Source of the DNA: Methanobacteriota archaeon
Lineage (GTDB): Archaea; Thermoplasmatota; Thermoplasmata; RBG-16-68-12
Direction of reading: 5' to 3'
Length of the DNA: 14,554 bases
Assembly: GCA_005878955.1 (NCBI GenBank)
Contig: VBMI01000078.1
Location: 1 to 14,554 of the forward strand
Shown: positions 9,342 to 14,554 of the stretch, in pieces
Layout: each line of letters opens with the position of its first letter
Position numbering within the stretch: the stretch's first letter is position 1
The notes under the pieces: model-generated
Told to the model about the DNA's origin: nothing
Database searches by the model: none
The model's input: only the letters and a program-made list of their open reading frames with translations
Made by a program: the position numbers and the translations under genes

Positions 9342-9620
9342 ATGCCGATCACCCTGCGGTTCATCTTCATCTCCGAGGCGGACAAGCCCACGGTGACCCT
9401 GAAGATCCCGGAGGACATGCTCTTCCAGGAGGCGTTCGTCCTCGCCGCGAAGCGTCAGGGCAAGGACGCGGGGATCCTCACCGCGACGTACCCGGGCGGC
9501 TCGCCGATCGCGGGCGGGACCGTGGGCGAGGTCTCGGAGAAGTCCACGAACATCCACGTGATCGACCCGAGCATCGTCGGCGGGCTTCCCGCGCTCGATT
9601 CTGGAGCCCTCACGGTTTAA
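9342..9620 (+). CDS. UFM1-like ubiquitin-fold modifier precursor (VGG followed by an 11-aa tail)
   Basis: 92 aa; MPITLRFIFISEADKPTVTLKIPEDMLFQEAFVLAAKRQGKDAGILTATYPGGSPIAGGTVGEVSEKSTNIHVIDPSIVGG|LPALDSGALTV. By eye it resembles human UFM1 ([36 protein letters not shown]...[39 protein letters not shown]|SC). It is immediately followed by E2- and E1-like genes. Confidence 0.72.
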   Translation: MPITLRFIFISEADKPTVTLKIPEDMLFQEAFVLAAKRQGKDAGILTATYPGGSPIAGGTVGEVSEKSTNIHVIDPSIVGGLPALDSGALTV

Positions 9621-9648
9621 GCCAACCGCCGCCCTCTTGTCGGCTCCG

Positions 9649-10152
9649 ATGCCCCTCCGGATCCGGGACTACGGCGAGGCCCACCTCAAGACGGACGACG
9701 ACCTCTTCTACTTCCTCCAGTGCGCGACGGTCGCGACGCCGAAGGACCCCGGGTGGGGAGACCGGGCGGCAGAGGAGGTGTACGCCCTCGACCGATTCGC
9801 CGAGTACCTGCGGTTCCTCGAGAAGGACGAGTGGTTCGCCCTCCGGGCCACGAGCGCGTCGAAGACCCGGTGGACGGGGAAGGTCCGCCGCGGCGGGAGG
9901 GAGTGGGACGTCGAGCTCGTCCTGAAGGACGCGTACCCGCACGTCCCGCCCGCGTGCCGGATCCCCGAGCTCATGCACTACACGGACCGCAAGGTGGACG
10001 ACGCGAGCCTCGGCCTCCGGATCTGCGACATGCACATGGAGAAGAACTACTGGTGGGACGAGCACGCCTCCTTGGCGCTGTACCTGAAGCGGGAGGTGTC
10101 GTACTGGGTCCAGAGCGTCGTGAAGGACATGCGCGGGAAGGGCTGGCTGTGA
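9649..10152 (+). CDS. UFC1-like E2 conjugating enzyme
   Basis: 167 aa from ATG 9649 (TTG 9637 is an alternative). RFAEYLRFLEKDEWFALRATSASKTRWTGKVRRGGREWDVELVLKDAYPHVPPACRIPEL..YTDRKVDDASLGLRICDMHM parallels human UFC1 ([35 protein letters not shown]...[44 protein letters not shown]). Predicted catalytic Cys126 (codon 10024-10026). Confidence 0.78.
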   Translation: MPLRIRDYGEAHLKTDDDLFYFLQCATVATPKDPGWGDRAAEEVYALDRFAEYLRFLEKDEWFALRATSASKTRWTGKVRRGGREWDVELVLKDAYPHVPPACRIPELMHYTDRKVDDASLGLRICDMHMEKNYWWDEHASLALYLKREVSYWVQSVVKDMRGKGWL

Positions 10153-10910
10153 CGGAGCGCTACGCCCGCCTCCGCCTGTTCGGGCACGCGGACCTGACGA
10201 AGCTCGCGGACAAGCGCGTGGCGATCGTCGGCGTCGGGGGCCTCGGTGCCCTCAGCGCGGAGATCCTCGCCCGCCTCGGCGTCGGGGAGCTCGTCCTCTT
10301 CGACTACGACACGATCGAGGAGGCGAACCTGAACCGCCTCGTGTACCGGACCGACCAGGTCGGGGAGAAGAAGGTGGAGGCGATTCGCGCCCACCTCCGC
10401 GCTGCGAACCCGGACGTCCGGGTGACCCCGCACCCCTTCGACGTGACGGACGGCGAGGGGCTCGAGGCCCTGTCCGCCGAGGTCCCCCGGTGCGACCTCG
10501 TCCTCGGGTGCGTGGACTCCTTCGCCGTCCGGTTGTTCCTGAACGCGAAGTGCGTGGCGCTGCGGGTCCCGCTCATCGACGGCGGGGCCTCCGAGGACGG
10601 CATCAACGGCAGCGTCCACGTGGTGATCCCCGGGAAGACCGCGTGCTACCGGTGCAACCGCCCGGCGCTCCGGGACCCCTCCGCGGGGCGGGTGACCCGC
10701 CGCGACGACTCGGGCGCGTGCCACTTCACGTCCCTCCCCACGACGATGGCGATCGTCTCGAGCCTCCAGTGCCAGGAGGCGCTGAAGGTCCTCCTCGGGT
10801 TCGGGAGCGTCGCCCCGTACCTGATGTACTTCGGCCTCGAGGGCCGCCTCGAGCGGGTGGACTGGAAGCGGGACCCCCGGTGCGGCACGTGCGGGCGGAG
10901 GCGGGGATGA
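10149..10910 (+). CDS. UBA5-like E1 activating enzyme (ThiF/MoeB superfamily)
   Basis: 253 aa; GTG start in a GTGA overlap with the E2. VAIVGVGGLGALSAEILARLGVGELVLFDYDTIEEANLNRLVYRTDQVGEKKVEA...CDLVLGCVDSFAVRLFLN...GGASEDGINGSVHVVIPGKTACYRCNRP...GACHFTSLPTTMAIVSSLQCQEALKVLLGFGSVAPYLMYFGL...RCGTCG. This closely parallels UBA5 ([24 protein letters not shown]...[39 protein letters not shown]). Catalytic Cys191 (codon 10719-10721). Confidence 0.88.
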   Translation: MTERYARLRLFGHADLTKLADKRVAIVGVGGLGALSAEILARLGVGELVLFDYDTIEEANLNRLVYRTDQVGEKKVEAIRAHLRAANPDVRVTPHPFDVTDGEGLEALSAEVPRCDLVLGCVDSFAVRLFLNAKCVALRVPLIDGGASEDGINGSVHVVIPGKTACYRCNRPALRDPSAGRVTRRDDSGACHFTSLPTTMAIVSSLQCQEALKVLLGFGSVAPYLMYFGLEGRLERVDWKRDPRCGTCGRRRG

Positions 10911-11857
10911 CCGGCCCCGCGCACGTGAAGCGATCCGCGTGGCGGGCCGCGATGCACCACGCGGCCGACGTCGCCCGCGCTTCCGGACGGGAGGCGATCG
11001 GGTGGCTCCTCGGGTTCTTCGAGGGGGACGAGCCGTACGTCCTCGACGCGGTCCCGGCGACCCGATACCAGCACCAGAGCCGGTACGGCGCGGTCGCGGA
11101 CCCCGCGGAGGAGGCAGAGATCGCCATGCAGTACCCGCGGAACGTCGGGATCGTGGGGCTGTATCACTCCCACCCGTTCCGGGACGAGACCCGCCACGCG
11201 ATCTTCCACAGCACGACGGACGACGCAACGCTGAAGAGCCGGGCGAGCCGCCGGGAGAACTACCTCTCCCTCGTCACGGACGGGCGGTCCGCGGAATGCT
11301 TCGTGCACCGGGAGGGTGGGCCCGTCGAGGTGTCCCCCGCGATCGAGGAGGACCTGTCGATGGCCGGTCATCTCCGGAAGTTCACGGCATCCGTCTCGCC
11401 CTCCGTGTCCTTGACGCTCGCGAAGACGGACCTCGCGGGGGTCGTCGCGGCCCTCGAGCGCCGCGTCTCCTCCGACCTCGACCGCGTCCTGCGATCCGCG
11501 TCCGTGGGGAGTGCCTCGGTCCGCCTCGACGGGTTCGGCGGGGAGGCCCACCGGAACCGGCTCCTGATCGAGCCCGAGGGGGCGGGCTACGGGGTGGAGC
11601 TCTCCCTCCACCTTGAGCCCCTCGTGTTCGTCGCGGGGAAGGACGACGCGGAGGTCCTGCGGGCGATGCGGAACGAGATCCTCGACGACGTCTTGTTCCT
11701 CCTCTGGCGGGGGTTCGACCCCGCGTCCGTCTCCCTCGAGGGGGCCGAGCGGTTCGAGGCGAACCTCGGGACCCTCCGCGTCCACGAGGGGAGCCTGCTG
11801 CCCAAGAAGCTGTACCGGGCGCCGAAGCGGGCGACCGTGCTACGGCGCCGCGCGTAG
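10907..11857 (+). CDS. JAMM/MPN+ family protein with ~150-aa C-terminal extension; candidate UFM1-like maturase/deconjugase
   Basis: 316 aa; ATGA overlap with the E1. REAIGWLLG (Glu29), then NVGIVGLYHSHPFRDETRHAIFHSTTDD, i.e. H87-x-H89...S102-T-T-D105 with 12 rather than 7 residues between the second His and the Ser. Confidence 0.8.
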   Translation: MTGPAHVKRSAWRAAMHHAADVARASGREAIGWLLGFFEGDEPYVLDAVPATRYQHQSRYGAVADPAEEAEIAMQYPRNVGIVGLYHSHPFRDETRHAIFHSTTDDATLKSRASRRENYLSLVTDGRSAECFVHREGGPVEVSPAIEEDLSMAGHLRKFTASVSPSVSLTLAKTDLAGVVAALERRVSSDLDRVLRSASVGSASVRLDGFGGEAHRNRLLIEPEGAGYGVELSLHLEPLVFVAGKDDAEVLRAMRNEILDDVLFLLWRGFDPASVSLEGAERFEANLGTLRVHEGSLLPKKLYRAPKRATVLRRRA

Positions 11858-12235
11858 GGGCGCGCCGCACTTCCCGCAGAACGCGTCCTCCTCCTCCGGC
11901 CGGGCCCCGCACTTCGGGCACCGGAGGGAGGCGGGGGTCCCGCACCGCCCGCAGAAGTGGTCCCCCTTCAGGAGGGCCGCCCCGCACTTCGCGCAGAACT
12001 CGGAGACCTCGGAGGAGAGCCCTTGGGCCCGGAGCTCGTAGCAATCCTGGCACGTGTTCTCGACGACGCCGTCGATCTCGACCTCGACGTACGCCGGCTT
12101 CGACCGGCCGCAAACGACGCAGGCCTTCGCCCGCCGCTTCGTCGCCTCCACGATCCGCAGCTCGGGCCGGTTCGGAGGGGGCGGCGGCGCGGGCTCGACG
12201 GGGAAGCCGAGGTCGTCCTCGTCACCGGATTCCAT
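11840..12235 (-). CDS. Multi zinc-ribbon protein (6 CxxC motifs)
   Basis: 131 aa; KACVVCGRSKPAYVEVEIDGVVENTCQDCYE...FCAKCGAALLKGDHFCGRCGTPASLRCPKCGARPEEEDAFCGKCGAPL. A minus-strand TATA-like CTTATA (12261-12266) lies ~26 nt upstream of ATG 12235. The gene converges on and overlaps the JAMM gene by 18 nt. Confidence 0.85.
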   Translation of the reverse strand: MESGDEDDLGFPVEPAPPPPPNRPELRIVEATKRRAKACVVCGRSKPAYVEVEIDGVVENTCQDCYELRAQGLSSEVSEFCAKCGAALLKGDHFCGRCGTPASLRCPKCGARPEEEDAFCGKCGAPLRAAP

Positions 12236-12273
12236 CGAGAAACACCAGCCCGGGCCGCCCTATAAGGATGGCC

Positions 12274-12447
12274 TCAGACCCTCTTCTTCGAGCCCGGCCC
12301 CTTGTCCAGGAGGATGCCCTTCACGCGGGGCTTCGCGCCCGGCTGTTCCTCCTCGAGGTACGAGACGTATCCGGACCCGACGTTGAAGTGGATGACCTTC
12401 ACCTTCTCGTCGATGTCGAGCATCGCCTTGCCGCTCTTCCGCTTCAC
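12274..12447 (-). CDS. Small conserved-looking archaeal protein of unknown function
   Basis: 57 aa from GTG 12447: MKRKSGKAMLDIDEKVKVIHFNVGSGYVSYLEEEQPGAKPRVKGILLDKGPGSKKRV. A minus-strand TATA-like TTTTAAGTAT at ~12478-12487 sits ~32 nt upstream of this GTG. The longer ORF to 12648 in the track is less likely. Confidence 0.6.
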   Translation of the reverse strand: MKRKSGKAMLDIDEKVKVIHFNVGSGYVSYLEEEQPGAKPRVKGILLDKGPGSKKRV

Positions 12448-12637
12448 GGGAATCCCGCCGTTGGATTCCCTTGGACCATACTTAAAACGTCGCCCACGGC
12501 TGTCACAAGTGATAAGCGGGGGACGCGTCCTCCCGGGGCGTCCGACCCGCCGCGGGTTGGGAGGCGTTCGCCAACCATTTTGGCAAGGCCTTAATAGCGC
12601 GGAATGCGGAATTAACCATGGGCATGTGGAGTCCACG

Positions 12638-13003
12638 ATGACGGTCACCTTAGAGCAACTCGCGAAAGCGGTCGAACGGCGGCTGGCGCTGTCCCACGAC
12701 GAGGCATACGGGATCGCCGGCCGGGTGATGAACTACTTCGGGTTCGAGAGCTTCATCATCGACAACGCGATCGACCCGGAGGACCGGAAGATGTTCTACA
12801 CCCTGCACGACGCGGGGATCCTCCGTTCCTCGTGGGAGACCGTCCTTCTCCTGAGCGGGCGGAACTGGAGGATCTTCTACTGGGAGATCAACGCGGCGGA
12901 CATCGACCGCATCGCGGGGGCGACGGAGGAGGCCCGCCCGGAGGAGCCCGTGTACCGGGAGCTCCCGGAGGAAGCGTGGACCCACTCCCAGCCGACCCCC
13001 TGA
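12638..13003 (+). CDS. Conserved hypothetical archaeal protein
   Basis: 121 aa; MTVTLEQLAKAVERRLALSHDEAYGIAGRVMNYFGFESFIIDNAIDPEDRKMFYTLHDAGILRSSWETVLLLSGRNWRIFYWEINAADIDRIA. TATA-like CCTTAATA lies at 12589-12596. Confidence 0.75.
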   Translation: MTVTLEQLAKAVERRLALSHDEAYGIAGRVMNYFGFESFIIDNAIDPEDRKMFYTLHDAGILRSSWETVLLLSGRNWRIFYWEINAADIDRIAGATEEARPEEPVYRELPEEAWTHSQPTP

Positions 13004-13009
13004 GCCCGG

Positions 13010-13678
13010 TCACTCCCGCCATCCCTCGGAGCCGATGAGCGGGACGAACGCGCACGGCGTCCCCTCCTTCGTCTCCCACTTCGACTCGGATGTGCGGCGC
13101 GCGGTGACGAGGACCTGCGAGAGACGGGACCGCCCGATGGGCGCGACGATCCGGCCGCCGACCTTGGTCTGGTCCCTCCATGGGTTCGGGATTCTCGGCG
13201 CCCCCGCGGTGGCCATGACGCAGTCGTAGGGCGCCCGCGGCGGGTAGCCCCTCGTGCCGTCCCCGACGACGACCTCCACCCGGTACCCACACGTCGCGAG
13301 GTTCGCCCGCCCGAGCTCGGCGAGCTCGGGATGCCGCTCGATCGACACGACGCGGTCCGGGCCCACGATCTCTGCGAGAAGCGCGGCGTTGTACCCGGAC
13401 CCAGTCCCGACCTCGAGGACCGCCTCGCCCTCCCGGAGGGCCGCCTCCTCGAGCATGATCGCGATCATGGAGGGGGCCGAGATCGTCTGCCCCCCACCAA
13501 TGGGGAGGGGCACGTCCTCGTAGGCGGATCGCCGGAGGTCCTCCGGCACGAACCGCTCCCTCGGGACTGCCAGGAACGCCCGCCGGACCGCGGCGGACTC
13601 CACGTACCCCCACTTCCCGAGGCGCTCGACGAGGTCCTTCCGCTCCCGCTCCGAGTCGGGTCCCATCGGGGTTGACAC
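13010..13678 (-). CDS. pcm: Protein-L-isoaspartate O-methyltransferase
   Basis: 222 aa; VERLGKWGYVESAAVRRAFLAVPRERFVPEDLRRSAYEDVPLPIGGGQTISAPSMIAIMLEEAALREGEAVLEVGTGSGYNAALLAEIVG...VVVGDGTRGYPPRAPYDCVMATAGAPRIPNPW. The start could be ATG 13666. Confidence 0.96.
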   Translation of the reverse strand: MSTPMGPDSERERKDLVERLGKWGYVESAAVRRAFLAVPRERFVPEDLRRSAYEDVPLPIGGGQTISAPSMIAIMLEEAALREGEAVLEVGTGSGYNAALLAEIVGPDRVVSIERHPELAELGRANLATCGYRVEVVVGDGTRGYPPRAPYDCVMATAGAPRIPNPWRDQTKVGGRIVAPIGRSRLSQVLVTARRTSESKWETKEGTPCAFVPLIGSEGWRE

Positions 13679-13705
13679 GGCCCGCGCGCTACTTGAATCT
13701 GGCCC

Positions 13706-14554
13706 TCACGGGAAGGCCGCGAGGAGGGCGGTCGCGAGGACGAGGGTCGCGATCGTTGCCGGAAACCCCGCCCGGAACCAGTCCTTGAACGAGATCTCGA
13801 CTCCCTGGCGGGAGGCGGCCTGGACGACGATCACGTTCGCCGCCGCGCCGAGGATCGTCGCGTTCCCCGCGAGGGTCGAGCTCGCGGCGAGGGTGAGCCA
13901 CAGCCGGCGGTTCGTGGCGAGGGGTGCGAGGAGGAGGACCGCGGGCACGTTCGACACGAGGTTCGACAGGACCGCGGTCAGGCCCGAGAGCCACCAGACG
14001 CCGCCCGCGCTCCCGCCGGAGAGGGCGGTGAACCCCCCCTCGATCGAGTCGGCGAGGCCCGAGGACTGGACGCCCGCGATCACCACGAAGAGCCCGATGA
14101 AGAACAGGAGAATCGACCAGTCCACCTTCCCGAGGATCCCCCGTCCCGAGGCCCCGCGGTTGACGAGCGGCAGCCCGAAGAGGACGACGCTCCCGCCCGT
14201 GAGCGCGATCGCGGGGAGCCACGTGGGGGTGCTCGCGAAGAACCCGACGACCGCGACGAGGAGGACCCCGAGGGTGAACGCGAGCCCCGGCTTGTGGATC
14301 GGGACGAGGGAATCGTGGGGCGGGCGGCTCGTGATCGCGTCCGCCAGCCGGTGGCGGAACGCCAGCCGGACGACGCCGATCGCGACGGCGAGGCAGGCCG
14401 CGGTGATCGGGGCCATGATCAGCGCGTAGTCCAGGAATGGGATTCCGCTGTGGATCCCGATATACGCGTTCTGCGGGTTCCCGACCTCCGTCGCGACGCT
14501 CCCGACGTTCACCGCGATGCCCTCCCCGACGAGGAACGGCACGGGGTCGACCCC
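13706..14554 (-). CDS. ArsB/NhaD-type (ion transporter superfamily) membrane permease, partial (N-terminus beyond window end)
   Basis: The frame is open to the window edge: GVDPVPFLVGEGIAVNVGSVATEVGNPQNAYIGIHSGIPFLDYALIMAPITAACLAVA...VDWSILLFFIGLFVVIAGVQSSGLAD...LSNLVSNVPAVLLLAPLA...ASSTLAGNATILGAAANVIVV. It has many hydrophobic segments and both ArsB/NhaD-like re-entrant motifs. Confidence 0.88.
   Translation of the reverse strand, partial: GVDPVPFLVGEGIAVNVGSVATEVGNPQNAYIGIHSGIPFLDYALIMAPITAACLAVAIGVVRLAFRHRLADAITSRPPHDSLVPIHKPGLAFTLGVLLVAVVGFFASTPTWLPAIALTGGSVVLFGLPLVNRGASGRGILGKVDWSILLFFIGLFVVIAGVQSSGLADSIEGGFTALSGGSAGGVWWLSGLTAVLSNLVSNVPAVLLLAPLATNRRLWLTLAASSTLAGNATILGAAANVIVVQAASRQGVEISFKDWFRAGFPATIATLVLATALLAAFP

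Noticed and set aside
9342-9620. Interpretation as a plain MoaD/ThiS sulfur carrier
   Set aside because: It has an 11-aa tail after the glycines, resembles UFM1 more by eye, and is followed by an E2. Not fully excluded; a dual role is kept as a finding.
10646-11785. 379-aa minus-strand ORF opposite the E1 and JAMM genes
   Set aside because: Arg/Pro/Val/Gly-rich shadow frame; the sense frames carry clear catalytic motifs and tight start/stop overlaps.
9342-11857. Interpretation as a bacterial antiviral Ubl operon (Bil or type II CBASS-like)
   Set aside because: There is no nucleotidyltransferase, effector or Bil-type tandem Ubl. The E1 and E2 signatures match UBA5 and UFC1 better, and the context is housekeeping Fe-S genes.
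12274-12648. 124-aa version of the small minus-strand gene
   Set aside because: The N-terminal half runs through the divergent promoter region and overlaps the start of the opposite gene. A TATA-like element ~32 nt before GTG 12447 supports the 57-aa form.

Overview
This high-GC window is almost certainly archaeal: it shows TATA-like boxes ~26-32 nt upstream of several start codons, short leaders and GTGA/ATGA gene overlaps. From left to right it contains:
- a partial zinc alcohol dehydrogenase (-);
- a stand-alone LigD-type 3'-phosphoesterase domain protein (+);
- an NTF2-like protein (-) and MsrB (-);
- a VOC/glyoxalase protein (+);
- a full SUF Fe-S assembly cluster, sufB-sufC-sufD-sufU-sufS (+);
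- a JAMM peptidase and a rhodanese (+);
- a compact four-gene unit (9342-11857, +);
- a convergent multi-zinc-ribbon protein and a small conserved-looking protein (both -);
- a conserved hypothetical protein (+);
- Pcm (-) and a partial ArsB/NhaD-type transporter (-).

The main discovery candidate is the four-gene unit. Read by eye against remembered human proteins, it looks like a UFM1-type (ufmylation-like) conjugation system: a UFM1-like protein with a C-terminal VGG plus an 11-aa tail, a UFC1-like E2 (Cys126), a minimal UBA5-like E1 (Cys191, 'SLPTTM' motif) and a JAMM metalloprotease with an unusual C-terminal extension. It sits directly behind the sulfur-mobilising genes sufS, JAMM and rhodanese. 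All homology statements come from motif reading, with no database search.
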